Shown piece after piece: positions 19,730 through 29,323 of a stretch of 64,000 nucleotides of DNA (within the stretch, counting starts at the first letter, position 1; every line of letters starts with the position of its first letter). The notes under the pieces were generated by a model. It saw only the letters and a list, made by a program, of their open reading frames with translations. It had not been told where the DNA came from and made no database searches. The position numbers and the translations under genes are program-made. The stretch spans positions 3,646 to 67,645 of the forward strand of contig CAZJYN010000002.1 in NCBI GenBank assembly GCA_964550285.1, read 5' to 3'. This DNA is from an uncultured Rubrivirga sp. (GTDB lineage: Bacteria > Actinomycetota > Actinomycetes > S36-B12).

Positions 19730-20779
19730 CTATCCGTCGACCGGGTTCGCCGGCACCGAAGCCGTCGAACCGCGCACCACGAGGGCCGGACTGCGCAGCA
19801 CGGATAGCCGCTCGACCTCGGCATCGCCGCCGAGCGCGGCCAGGATGCGGGCTCCGGCTGCTTGGCCGAGCTCCCGGGCGGGGAAGGGCAACGTGGTAAG
19901 CGGCGGATCGGAGTATCGCCCCGCATCGGTGTCATCCACCCCCACGACGCTTAGGTCATCCGGTACTCGCAAACCCCGCCCTCGCGCGACCTGGATCACG
20001 GCGATGGCCATCGGATCGTTGTGCGCGAAGACAGCGGTAGGTCGCGGGTTCACGTCCAACAAAGCGTTGGCCGCCGCGATGCTGCCCTCGACCACGCTCC
20101 CGTCGATACTGGCCGCACCATCGGCAACAAGCGCCGGATCGACTTCGAGTCCGGCCTCCTGCAGTGCCTGCTCATAGCCCAAGTAGCGCTTCCAACTATC
20201 CAAACTGGAGCGATGCTCGCGCAAGATCGCGATCCGGCTATGACCTAGCTCGATCAGGTGCCGGGTTACGCGATAGCCACCGTCCTGCGCATCGACGATG
20301 ACGCAAGCCGCGCCCTCGACGTCCTGCTCGACCACGATCGTCGGGATACCCGCAGTGCGGAGAATCTCCAACGTGCTCGGAGTGTTCGCCGTGGGAACCA
20401 AGACGACACCATCTACTCGCTTGGCGACCATCATCCGCGCGTAGCGTTGATCGAACTCCGGCTGATCCTCGACGTCGCAGACGATCATCAGGTAGTCCTG
20501 CGCGGAGATCGAATTGCTGATGCCCATCGCCAGTTTCGCCCACACTGGATTGACCAGAGTCGGAGCGATCACCCCGATCGATCGAGTCGCTCGACCTGCC
20601 AGACTGCGCGCGATCTCATTGGGGAAATAGCCCAACTCCTCGACTGCAGCCAACACTCGTTCCCGCTTGTCGTCGGCGACGGGCTTGGGGCCACCGTTCA
20701 AGACGTAGGACACAACCGCCGAAGACACTCCAGCGCGTTTCGCGACGTCGTCTCGCGTGGGTCGACGATCGCTGATCAC
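19730..20779 (-). CDS. LacI-family transcriptional regulator
   Basis: 349 aa. N-terminal HTH PTRDDVAKRAGVSSAVVSYVLNG plus a periplasmic-binding-protein-like sugar-binding core. Confidence 0.9.
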   Translation of the reverse strand: MISDRRPTRDDVAKRAGVSSAVVSYVLNGGPKPVADDKRERVLAAVEELGYFPNEIARSLAGRATRSIGVIAPTLVNPVWAKLAMGISNSISAQDYLMIVCDVEDQPEFDQRYARMMVAKRVDGVVLVPTANTPSTLEILRTAGIPTIVVEQDVEGAACVIVDAQDGGYRVTRHLIELGHSRIAILREHRSSLDSWKRYLGYEQALQEAGLEVDPALVADGAASIDGSVVEGSIAAANALLDVNPRPTAVFAHNDPMAIAVIQVARGRGLRVPDDLSVVGVDDTDAGRYSDPPLTTLPFPARELGQAAGARILAALGGDAEVERLSVLRSPALVVRGSTASVPANPVDG

Positions 20780-20865
20780 TAAGTCGCCTCCCCAACGTTA
20801 CGTCGCCCGCTGACGGGGACGCTCCCGGATGCAAAGATATGACCCCGTCGACTCGAGAGGAACCA

Positions 20866-21645
20866 ATGCGCCCGAATCCGTGGCTCGATTGCATACGTGG
20901 AGGAAACCTGGCCCTTGGGGCCTGGCTTTCCAATCCATCGACCATCAACGCGGAGATCATGGGCACCGCCGGATTCGAATACGTTGCTATCGACGCTCAA
21001 CACGGGGCTATCGACTACTCGACCATGCTGCCCATGCTGCAAGTTCTCGCGATCGGCGATTCCACGCCGATCGTCCGGGTTCCCACCAATGATTCCGGAC
21101 ACATCGGAAAGGCACTCGATGCCGGCGCCCGCGCGGTGATCGTCCCGATGGTCAACGACGAAGCCGCATGCAAGCGGGCTTTGGGCTACACCCGATACGC
21201 GCCAGAGGGCGAGCGCAGCTTCGGACCCACTCGCGCGGTACTCGTTGAAGGGGACGACTATTACGACTTCGCTGCGGACCAGATCTCGCTCATTCCGATG
21301 ATCGAGACGGTCGAAGCAATGCGAAATATGGACGAGATTCTGAGCGTTCCTGGAGTGGAAGCGATCTACGTTGGGCCGAACGACCTATCGATCAGCCTGG
21401 GGATCAAACCGAACACGAACGATCCCCGACTCGACGAAGCGATGGTGGAGATCGTCGCCGGTTGCCGCAAACACGGTGTCGTCCCGGGGGTGCATGCCAG
21501 TGCTGCGCTGTGCGCCAAGCGAGTCGAACAGGGCTTCGGGATGGTCACTGTCAGCGCGGATGTCGTGGCGCTACGAGCGCACGTTCGTCAAGACCTCGCT
21601 ACCGCACGCGGCACTGTGGCCGACTCGATAAGCAGTACTTACTAA
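20866..21645 (+). CDS. HpcH/HpaI-family 2-keto-3-deoxy-acid aldolase
   Basis: Start set to MRPNPWLDCIRGGNLALGAWL..., with GAGAGGAA 5 nt upstream (longest ORF starts at 20839). Pattern GFEYVAIDAQHG...IVRVP...DAGARAVIVPMV.... Confidence 0.8.
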   Translation: MRPNPWLDCIRGGNLALGAWLSNPSTINAEIMGTAGFEYVAIDAQHGAIDYSTMLPMLQVLAIGDSTPIVRVPTNDSGHIGKALDAGARAVIVPMVNDEAACKRALGYTRYAPEGERSFGPTRAVLVEGDDYYDFAADQISLIPMIETVEAMRNMDEILSVPGVEAIYVGPNDLSISLGIKPNTNDPRLDEAMVEIVAGCRKHGVVPGVHASAALCAKRVEQGFGMVTVSADVVALRAHVRQDLATARGTVADSISSTY

Positions 21646-22535
21646 AGCGAGATCCGCGCCATCGGCTCGATGAGCCCTTTGACCCCAGGTTGAATCGCCA
21701 GGACTGCCCCCGCGTCGGGTTGGCCGGGGGCCGCCGGACGACGACCTCCGGAACTGATCGACGTCACCACCAACGTGTCAAGGTCGGGGCCAGCGAATGC
21801 CGGCATCGACGGCTTCTCGACCGGCAGTTCGATCGTTCGATCGACGTGACCATCGGGAGTGATCCGCACGACCGACCACCCGTACACACACGCCACCCAG
21901 TAGCAACCATCTTGATCCACGCAGGCGCCATCCGGCTTGCCGTCCATCGTCGCGAAATCGAAAAGCGGCCGTTTGTTCGTCGCCGCAGCAGTATCCAGGT
22001 CGTAATCGAAAGCCCAGATCACCTGCTCGTGCGTATCGGTCCAATACATCTTTCGACCATCCGGAGCGAAGGCCAGCCCGTTGGAGGTCGCCACATCGTC
22101 GATGAACGTCAAGGCCGAACCGTCTCGGTCCACCACGAAGAGGTGACCCGCGGGGAAATCGGGGGCGTCATCGGCGCGCTCATCCATCGACCCGATCCAC
22201 ATTCGCCCGGTGGGATCCGGGCGTCCGTCGTTCATCCGGACACCCTCGGTCGATTCCAGGGCGACCAACTCCTGCCATTCGCCCGTAGCCGAGTGGTACT
22301 CGATCAAGCCCGCCCCAAGGCCAACGACGAAGACATCGGGCCGATCGGTGACCGCTACGCACGATGGGCGACCCGGCAGCGGCCAGGAGATGAGTTCACG
22401 GGTCGACCAATCCAGGCGCTGGATGCTCTGGCCATCGACATCGACCCAGTACAGGGCCGAGTCTCGCTCGGACCACACCGGGGACTCGCCGAGTTTGGCC
22501 CGATGCTCGCTGAGGATCTCAACGCCGGGGGTCAC
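21642..22535 (-). CDS. SMP-30/gluconolactonase/LRE-family sugar lactonase
   Basis: 297 aa. GESPVWSERDSALYWVDVDGQSI and repeated beta-propeller blade motifs (NDGRPDPTGRMW, SNGLAFAPDG). Confidence 0.85.
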   Translation of the reverse strand: MTPGVEILSEHRAKLGESPVWSERDSALYWVDVDGQSIQRLDWSTRELISWPLPGRPSCVAVTDRPDVFVVGLGAGLIEYHSATGEWQELVALESTEGVRMNDGRPDPTGRMWIGSMDERADDAPDFPAGHLFVVDRDGSALTFIDDVATSNGLAFAPDGRKMYWTDTHEQVIWAFDYDLDTAAATNKRPLFDFATMDGKPDGACVDQDGCYWVACVYGWSVVRITPDGHVDRTIELPVEKPSMPAFAGPDLDTLVVTSISSGGRRPAAPGQPDAGAVLAIQPGVKGLIEPMARISL

Positions 22536-23422
22536 AGTTCCTCGGAGACCTTCCGCAGGAACTCGACACTCGCCTTGGCGTCCTCGATCGGGCCGGTTCC
22601 CGGCTCCGGGTCGCCCGTCAGCGAGCAGTCCTGCTCGAGCACGTACCAGCCCTGGTAGCCGCGACCCTCGAGGTACTTCACCACTCCAGCGATATCGACA
22701 TCACCGGATCCAGCAGGCACGAACATGCCATCGATCGTGGCCTGCCGGAAGGGCACTTCGCCAGCTCGGACCTTCTCGGCCATCTCGTTCGTCAGATCCT
22801 TGATGTGGACGTGCAGAACCCGATCACCGGCGTCCTTGACCACCTGCAGTGGATCCACCCCGGACAAGAACAGGTGGCCGGTATCTACGCACATGCCGAC
22901 GTCGCAGGAGTTCAGCAACCGGTCGACCTGGTTCTGCCGTGAGATAGCCATGCCCCAGTGCGGGTGTAATGCGGTCTGTAGCCCGCGAGCCTCGGTGATG
23001 TCTTGGAAGCGACGCACATTTCGCAAGAACACCTTCCATTGGTCGTCGTCCATGTCGATCTCGGTGTCGTAGCCGTCGTAGTGCGAACGCGGCCCGAGCA
23101 CCACGGTGGAAGCACCGGCGGTTGCCAACTGATCGCTCGCGCGGCCGAAATAATCGAGATCGGCATCCATGTCCTTGTCCCGATACAAGATCGCCGGGAC
23201 GAAGGCACCGACCATCGACATGTCGTAGCCGGCAACGAAATCCTTCAGTTCGTCGGGGTCGGTGGGCAAGAAACCATCGGGGCCGAGTTCGGTCGCGCTC
23301 AGGCCCGCCTCGCGCATCTCGGCCATGACCCGCTCGGGGTCCATCAAGTAGCCCCAACCCTCGGAGGCGTCGGCCCCCCAGGTGATCGGCGCCCCGGCAA
23401 CCCGGCTCAGCATGTCGCTCAT
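22532..23422 (-). CDS. iolE: IolE-like inosose dehydratase (xylose-isomerase-like TIM barrel)
   Basis: Trimmed to MSDMLSRVAGAPITWG..., with GAAGGGGAAG upstream. It shares the IolE landmarks I recall from B. subtilis IolE: APIxW, HPHWG, DTGH, HVHIKD, GMFVPAGSGDVD and GWYVLEQD. Confidence 0.7.
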   Translation of the reverse strand: MSDMLSRVAGAPITWGADASEGWGYLMDPERVMAEMREAGLSATELGPDGFLPTDPDELKDFVAGYDMSMVGAFVPAILYRDKDMDADLDYFGRASDQLATAGASTVVLGPRSHYDGYDTEIDMDDDQWKVFLRNVRRFQDITEARGLQTALHPHWGMAISRQNQVDRLLNSCDVGMCVDTGHLFLSGVDPLQVVKDAGDRVLHVHIKDLTNEMAEKVRAGEVPFRQATIDGMFVPAGSGDVDIAGVVKYLEGRGYQGWYVLEQDCSLTGDPEPGTGPIEDAKASVEFLRKVSEEL

Positions 23423-23498
23423 CGACTTCCCCTTCTGTGCATCGGGCGCGGGAATCCCACCCCACATCCGATGATCCGAAACACCTTCACACTATGCA

Positions 23499-23512
23499 TC
23501 TACACGCGTAGA
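23499..23512. promoter_or_regulatory. candidate LacI-type operator, site 2 (TCTACACGCGTAGA)
   Basis: Identical 14-mer in the iolE/iolD divergent spacer, 77 nt upstream of the iolE start (23422) and 120 nt upstream of the iolD GTG. Confidence 0.5.
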
Positions 23513-23631
23513 GTACGGCTGCCCCCGGTGTTGGAACGTGCCAACTCGTAGGATCACTCAGGTTAGTGCCCGACCCCGCGGGACCGCTAGTCCATCGGGA
23601 CAACGCCCCACTTCGCGAAGAGGAGATCGTC

Positions 23632-25473
23632 GTGGAAACAGTCCGCCTGACCATGGCCCAGGCCCTAGTCCGCTGGCTCACTGCCCAAAAGACCGAGATC
23701 GACGGTGAAGTGGTTCCCCTGTTCCCCGGCGCCTTCGGCATCTTCGGGCACGGCAACGTCACCGCACTCGCCGAAGCACTCGCCGAGGTCAAGGACACCT
23801 TCCCCACCTGGCGGGGGCATAACGAACAGTCGATGGCGCTCTCCGCGATCGGCTACGCAAAGGCGATGCGCCGCAAGCAGATCATGGTGGCCACCTCCTC
23901 GATCGGGCCGGGCAGCACGAACATGGTCACCGCCGCGGGGGTGGCGATCACCAACCGGCTGCCGGTGCTCTTGCTCAGCGGCGACACCTTCGCCCACCGC
24001 ATCGTGGATCCGGTATTGCAGCAGGTCGAGCAGTTCAACGATCCGACCGTCACGGCCGCCGATACCTTCAAGCCCGTCACTCGCTTTTGGGATCGCATCA
24101 TGAAGCCAGAGCAACTGGTGAAATCACTTCCGCAAGCGCTGGCCGTGATGCTCGATCCGGCCGACTGCGGCCCAGCCTTCATCGCTCTTCCGCAGGACGT
24201 CCAAGCCGAGGCATACGACTACCCGGCCAAGTTCTTCGAGGAGAAGGTCCACTACATCCGCCGGCCGCAGGCCGACCCCCGCGAGATCGAATCGGCCGCA
24301 TCCGCGATCGCGGGCGCGAAGAAGCCGCTGATCATCTCCGGTGGCGGCGTTTTGTACTCCGGGGCTATCAACACCCTCACCGACTTCGCCGCCCGGCGCA
24401 ATATCCCGATCGTCGAGACCTTCGCCGGCAAGGGTGCGCTGGTCGATTCGAATCCCAACTACGCCGGCTCATTGGGAATCGCCGGCGATACCTGCTCCAA
24501 CGCGATCGCCGAGGACGCCGACGTCGTCATCGCCGTGGGCACCAAGTTGCAGGACTTCACCACCGGATCTTGGGCGCTGTTCAAGGACCCGAATGTGAAG
24601 ATCGTCGCCCTCAACGCCCAGCGCTGGGATGCGATGAAGCAAAACGCCACCTCGGTCATCGCCGATGCGAACATCTCGCTGCAGCAGATCGACGCGAAGC
24701 TCGGCGACTATGCCGCTCCCACCGATTGGCTCTCGCGTGCGCAATCGGAGAAGGCCAAGTGGAACGAGCACCTTGATGCAATCGGTCAGGCCGTCAGCGA
24801 TCCGCCCTCCTACAACCAGGTCATCCAGCGCGTCCATCAGGTGTGCGACGACAGCGACTACATGCTGTCCGCAGCAGGTGGGCTGCCCGGTGAGCTCTTC
24901 GCCGGCTGGCGGACCAAGGAAGCGAACACCTTCGATGTCGAGTTCGGCTTCTCGTGCATGGGCTACGAGATCGCCGGTGCCGTGGGAGCCAAGATGGCGC
25001 TGCCGGACCGGGAGATCGTGTCCTGGGTGGGTGATGGCTCGTACATGATGATGAACAGCGATATCTACGCCAGCGTGATGACTGGCAACAAGGTCATCTA
25101 CATCGTCTGTGACAACGAAGGCTTCGCCGTCATCAACCGACTCCAGGTGAACCAAGGTGGCGAGGAATTCAACAACCTGCTGCGCACCACCAAGCACACG
25201 ACCATGACCAAGATCGATTTCGTGGCCCATGCCGCATCCATGGGTGCGACCGCCGAGAAGGTGGACTCACTCGATGACATCCCCGCCGCCTACGCCCGGG
25301 CGAAGGCCTCCGAAAAGACCTATGTACTGGTCATAGACGTTGCCCAGTACGAGTGGGTCGGTGGTGGCACGTGGTGGGAAGTCGGTGTACCTGAGGTCAG
25401 TAACCGCGCCGAGGTACGCACCGCACGCGCGAGCTACGAGGCAGAGTCCAAGCACCAGCGCATCGGAATCTAG
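23632..25473 (+). CDS. iolD: IolD-like ThDP-dependent 3D-(3,5/4)-trihydroxycyclohexane-1,2-dione acylhydrolase
   Basis: GTG start after GAAGAGGAG. The N-terminus VETVRLTMAQALVRWLTAQ... mirrors the IolD N-termini I recall. Motifs GIFGHGNV, SSIGPGSTNM and ThDP motif GDGSYMMMNSD...DNEGF. Confidence 0.8.
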   Translation: METVRLTMAQALVRWLTAQKTEIDGEVVPLFPGAFGIFGHGNVTALAEALAEVKDTFPTWRGHNEQSMALSAIGYAKAMRRKQIMVATSSIGPGSTNMVTAAGVAITNRLPVLLLSGDTFAHRIVDPVLQQVEQFNDPTVTAADTFKPVTRFWDRIMKPEQLVKSLPQALAVMLDPADCGPAFIALPQDVQAEAYDYPAKFFEEKVHYIRRPQADPREIESAASAIAGAKKPLIISGGGVLYSGAINTLTDFAARRNIPIVETFAGKGALVDSNPNYAGSLGIAGDTCSNAIAEDADVVIAVGTKLQDFTTGSWALFKDPNVKIVALNAQRWDAMKQNATSVIADANISLQQIDAKLGDYAAPTDWLSRAQSEKAKWNEHLDAIGQAVSDPPSYNQVIQRVHQVCDDSDYMLSAAGGLPGELFAGWRTKEANTFDVEFGFSCMGYEIAGAVGAKMALPDREIVSWVGDGSYMMMNSDIYASVMTGNKVIYIVCDNEGFAVINRLQVNQGGEEFNNLLRTTKHTTMTKIDFVAHAASMGATAEKVDSLDDIPAAYARAKASEKTYVLVIDVAQYEWVGGGTWWEVGVPEVSNRAEVRTARASYEAESKHQRIGI

Positions 25474-25475
25474 CC

Positions 25476-26279
25476 ATGGCACTGTTCCCGGAGTTCACCG
25501 ACAAGGTGCTCGTTGCCACGGGTGGTGCTTCGCTGATCGTCGAGGCGCTCGCCCGACAGTTCGTGGCGAACGGCGGCCGAGTGGTCCTCGGGGATCTTCA
25601 GGACGAATACGCACCAGCACTCCTCGCCGACCTCGGTGACAGCGGTCGATTCCTAAAGACCGATGTCACCTCCGATGCCGATCTCGACTCGCTGCTGAGC
25701 ACTGCTGTCGATACCTATGGCGGGGTGGACTACGTGGTGAGCGCGCACACCACCTTCGCGTGCGGCTATCTCGAAACCACTCGCGAAAACTGGCGCACGG
25801 CCTTGGACGTAAACGTGGCCTCCGCCGCGATGTTCATCGAGAAGGCCGTGCCCCTTATGCAACAGCGCGGCAGCGGTGCGGCGGTGATCGTCACATCGGT
25901 ATCCGGGAAGTCCTCGCAGCCCGATCGCTTGGTCTACCCCGTTACCAAGACAGCCTTACTGGGCCTGAACCGCAACCTCTCCCAGGCACTAGCTCCTTTG
26001 GGCATCCGGATCAACAGCGTTTCGCCTGGATGGACGTGGAGCCGGAACCTCGAGCGGCGCTACGGCACCCGCGAGTATGCCGATACCTTCGCCGGAGAAT
26101 TCCACGCCATCCAGCGGATGGCCGAGCCGGCGGAGATCGCCGATGCGATCTGCTACGCCTGCTCCTCGGGGGCCTCGTTCATGACCGGCGCGGACATCCC
26201 CGTCGACGGTGGCTACAGCGCACTTGGCCCCGAAGCGCTAGGGCAGCCATACGACAAGCACCCCGTCATCAACCCGTAG
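25476..26279 (+). CDS. SDR-family oxidoreductase (atypical Gly motif)
   Basis: 267 aa. TGGASLIVEA instead of TGxxxGIG; YPVTKTA (YxxxK). Starts 2 nt after iolD. Confidence 0.8.
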   Translation: MALFPEFTDKVLVATGGASLIVEALARQFVANGGRVVLGDLQDEYAPALLADLGDSGRFLKTDVTSDADLDSLLSTAVDTYGGVDYVVSAHTTFACGYLETTRENWRTALDVNVASAAMFIEKAVPLMQQRGSGAAVIVTSVSGKSSQPDRLVYPVTKTALLGLNRNLSQALAPLGIRINSVSPGWTWSRNLERRYGTREYADTFAGEFHAIQRMAEPAEIADAICYACSSGASFMTGADIPVDGGYSALGPEALGQPYDKHPVINP

Positions 26280-26296
26280 CCTCCTTCGCCTTTCTC

Positions 26297-26433
26297 GCGA
26301 AAGGGCACTCCCGCGCCGCCGAAAGGGCAGTGCAAGACGCTCGAGTGGGCAGTTGGTGCGCGGCACGCGCCCCAACTGCCCACTCGGCGTTGCAAAACTG
26401 CCCTTTCGGCGCTTGGGGAGTGCCCTTTCGGCG
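26297..26433. repeat. triple-nested palindromic intergenic repeat, copy 2 (between an SDR gene and the convergent aldehyde dehydrogenase gene)
   Basis: Outer stem 26299-26313/26416-26430 (15 bp), middle stem 26318-26331/26397-26410 (14 bp plus GCAA/TTGC), core 26342-26356/26372-26386 (15 bp) capped by GCGCG-GCA-CGCGC. Same architecture and GAAAGGGCA/GAGTGGGCAG seeds as copy 1. Confidence 0.85.
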
Positions 26434-27876
26434 TTACAGGTCGACGGCGAAGTACTGGGTCTCGAGGAATTCGTGCATCCCGTCGAAGCCGCCTTCGCGA
26501 CCGAGCCCGGATTCCTTCATGCCGCCGAAGGATGCCGCCGGATCCGAGGCGATGCCCCGGTTGATCGCGACCATGCCCGATTCCATCTGCCGCGCGACCT
26601 TGATGCCCTCGCCGGCGTCCTTGGCGAAGACGTAGGAGATCAGCCCGTACTCGGTGTCGTTGGCCATTCGGATGGCCTCGGCCTGGTCCTCGAACGTGAC
26701 GATCGGGGCAACGGGTCCGAAGATCTCGTTGCGGGTCAGCGAGGAACCGTGCTGGACGTCGCGGATCACGTACGGCGACAAGAACGCGCCTTCGCCGGGC
26801 GCTTCGCTGACCGCGGTGGTCGCCACACCCTCCTTCGCTGCGTCTTCCACGATCTCCAGGATCTTGTCGCGCTCCTTGACCGAGACCATGGCTCCGAGAT
26901 CGTTACTTTGATCGATGCCAGGACCGATCTTCATCCCGCGCAGCGCCGCCTCGAACTTCATCGCGAATTCATCGGCCACTGAGGCATGGACGTAGAAGCG
27001 GTTGGCGGCGGTGCAGGCGGCTCCGCCGTTGCGCATCTTCGCGACCATCGCACCTTCCACCGAGGCATCGACGTCCGCGCCCTCGAGTACCAGGAACGGG
27101 GCGTTGCCACCGAGTTCCATCGATGAGGGCAGTACACGCTTGGCGGTCTGCTCGAGCAGCAACTTGCCCACGAAGGTGGAGCCGGTGAAGGACAAGGTGG
27201 CCACCCGCGGATCGGACAAGATCGCCTCGGACACCGGACCGGACTTGGAGGTGGTGACAACATTCACCACACCGGCAGGGGCGCCGGCTCGTTCGAGGAC
27301 ATCGGCCACCCATAAGGCGGTGAGCGGTGTTTCCGCCGCCGGCTTGAGGATCGACGTGCAGCCTGCGGCCATCGCCGGTGCCAACTTCCGGGTGGCCATC
27401 GCCGCAGGGAAGTTCCACGGCGTGATCATGTAGGCCACACCCATGGGCCGGTAGTCGGTGATGATCGTCTTATCGCCGTTGGGCCCGTATCGGAAGTCGC
27501 CTTGCACGTGCGCGGCTTCCTCGGAGAACCAGCGGAAGAACTCGGCTGCGTAGGTGGCTTCGCCCATGGCGTCGCGCCAGGCCTTGCCGTTCTCCAGCAC
27601 GATCAACCGCGCGCAGTCCTCGATCTCGGCGGTCATGATCTCGAAGGCCTTGCGCAAGATCTCGGCGCGCGATCGTGCCGAGGAAACTCCCCAGGTCTGG
27701 AAGGCATCGTGGGCCGCGGCTACGGCTTCGAGACCCTGCTCGGGTGTGGCATCGCCGATTTCGGCAAGCGAGCCGAGGGTCGCCGGATTGATGACTTCCA
27801 GATGGGCGGCCGTTTGCACCCATTGGCCGCCGACGAGCAGGTTGGTCGGGGTTCGTTCCGGTAGGCCGACGCTCAC
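26434..27876 (-). CDS. NAD(P)-dependent aldehyde dehydrogenase (succinate-semialdehyde dehydrogenase-like)
   Basis: 480 aa. ELGGNAP and catalytic-Cys context GAACTAANRFYVH. Confidence 0.9.
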   Translation of the reverse strand: MSVGLPERTPTNLLVGGQWVQTAAHLEVINPATLGSLAEIGDATPEQGLEAVAAAHDAFQTWGVSSARSRAEILRKAFEIMTAEIEDCARLIVLENGKAWRDAMGEATYAAEFFRWFSEEAAHVQGDFRYGPNGDKTIITDYRPMGVAYMITPWNFPAAMATRKLAPAMAAGCTSILKPAAETPLTALWVADVLERAGAPAGVVNVVTTSKSGPVSEAILSDPRVATLSFTGSTFVGKLLLEQTAKRVLPSSMELGGNAPFLVLEGADVDASVEGAMVAKMRNGGAACTAANRFYVHASVADEFAMKFEAALRGMKIGPGIDQSNDLGAMVSVKERDKILEIVEDAAKEGVATTAVSEAPGEGAFLSPYVIRDVQHGSSLTRNEIFGPVAPIVTFEDQAEAIRMANDTEYGLISYVFAKDAGEGIKVARQMESGMVAINRGIASDPAASFGGMKESGLGREGGFDGMHEFLETQYFAVDL

Positions 27877-27929
27877 GAGCGGGCTCCTTTCGCGTGTTTG
27901 GTGAACAGTAGCGAGGCGGCAGCCGTGGC

Positions 27930-29219
27930 CTAGTAGGCGTTGGTGACGACGAGTTCTTCCGCCGGGAAGAGCGTCAGGAGCTCAGCACCGGTATCAGTGA
28001 CGACGAGTTCCTCCTCGATCCGAGCCGCGGAGTGCCCGTCGGCAGCCGGCCAGAACGTCTCCAACGCGAAGACCATGCCCGGCTTGATCTCGACCGGGTT
28101 CTCCAGCGAGTTCAACCGGCTGATGACCGGACGCTCGTGCAAGCCCAGGCCGAGTCCGTGCCCGAATTGCAGGCCGAAGGCCTCCATCTCCGAGGAGAAG
28201 CCGAATTCCTCGGCCTGCGGCCACAGCGCGGCGATCTGGTCGGTGGTCACGCCCGGCTTCACCATGGCGATCGCGGAGTCGATCAGTTCGCGGGCCTTCT
28301 TGTAGGCATCGCGGTGCGCAGTGGTCGCCCGACCGACCGCGAAGGTGCGGTAGTAGCAGGTTCGGTAGCCGTTGAAGGCGTGGATGATGTCGAAGTACGC
28401 CTGGTCGCCTGGGCGGATGAGCCGGTCGGAGAAGACGTGCGGGTGCGGGCTGCATCGTTCACCGGCGATCGAGTTGATGGCCTCGACCTGCTCGGAGCCC
28501 ATCTCCAGTAGGCGGTGGGTGGCCAGTGCGGCGACATCGCTCTCGCGGACACCGGGCTTTAAGAACTCGTAGATGTCCTGGTAGACGCCGTCGACCATCG
28601 AGGCGGCCTGGCTCAGCAGCAGGATCTCGTCCTGGTTCTTGATCTCCCGCGCATCGAGCATCACCTGCTGGCCGTCTCGGACATCGATGCCAGCGGCTTC
28701 GAGTTCGCGCAGCATCGGCATCTCGACGACATCGACGCCGAGGGGCATGCCAGCGACGCCCTCATCGCGCATGATCTCCGCGATTTGCTCAGCAGTGCCG
28801 CGCGGTAGCCCGGATGTCGGTGAGATCGCGCCCTGCAGGCCGTTGTTACCGCCGTGGGATTGCTCGGGCTTCAACCACGGGGAATGTAGGCGGTGGTTCT
28901 TCGCAGCCGAACCGAAGTCCCAGATCCAGGGCTCACCGGTGCGCGTCAACAACGCCCAGCGCTCGGTCTTGTTGTAGCCCCAGGTACCGATGTGGGTCGC
29001 GGTCAGGTAACGAATATTCGACGTCTCGAAGACCAGCAGTGCACCGAGCTCGCTGGCCTCGAGGGCCTGCCGGGCGCGCTGCAATCGATAATTCCGCAAC
29101 CGGTCGAAGTCGACACGCTGCTCCCAATCGACTCCGATGATTCCGGGAGCAGCGATCGAGGTCTGCGCGAACTCGCGGGCGGGCGCGGGCTGGCTTAGGG
29201 AACCCATGGTGGGGGACAA
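27930..29219 (-). CDS. M24 (creatinase/prolidase-fold) hydrolase with atypical metal site
   Basis: 429 aa. Creatinase-like N-domain plus a pita-bread domain. FDIIHAFNGYRTCYYRTF, GHGLGLGLHERP, FALETF and ARIEEELVVT align to the D/D/H/E/E ligand positions, with Cys at the second Asp position. Confidence 0.75.
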   Translation of the reverse strand: MSPTMGSLSQPAPAREFAQTSIAAPGIIGVDWEQRVDFDRLRNYRLQRARQALEASELGALLVFETSNIRYLTATHIGTWGYNKTERWALLTRTGEPWIWDFGSAAKNHRLHSPWLKPEQSHGGNNGLQGAISPTSGLPRGTAEQIAEIMRDEGVAGMPLGVDVVEMPMLRELEAAGIDVRDGQQVMLDAREIKNQDEILLLSQAASMVDGVYQDIYEFLKPGVRESDVAALATHRLLEMGSEQVEAINSIAGERCSPHPHVFSDRLIRPGDQAYFDIIHAFNGYRTCYYRTFAVGRATTAHRDAYKKARELIDSAIAMVKPGVTTDQIAALWPQAEEFGFSSEMEAFGLQFGHGLGLGLHERPVISRLNSLENPVEIKPGMVFALETFWPAADGHSAARIEEELVVTDTGAELLTLFPAEELVVTNAY

Positions 29220-29240
29220 CTCCTAACGAGACGGAAATCT

Positions 29241-29323
29241 GAGTGTGAAAGTGAAGTCGAAGTGGGCGGGGAAGACAGGGAAGAGGGAAGTGGGCAGTGG
29301 GAAGAAGGAAGGAAACGGCAAGG
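29241..29323. other. strand-asymmetric purine-rich tract with six G3+ runs (G-quadruplex-type motif on + strand; CU-rich on the minus-strand transcript)
   Basis: I count only about 6 C in 83 nt on the + strand. G-runs at 29264-66, 29268-71, 29278-80, 29285-87, 29292-94 and 29299-301, with loops of 1, 6, 4, 4 and 4 nt. Confidence 0.5.

Noticed and set aside
20780-20865. Looked for a third copy of the TCTACACGCGTAGA operator in the LacI/HpcH divergent spacer, and also in 29220-29417 and 34164-34522.
   Set aside because: Nothing resembling it is present; only a 6-bp AACGTT occurs at about 20795. The HpcH gene and the ABC transporter cannot be assigned to the same regulon from sequence alone.
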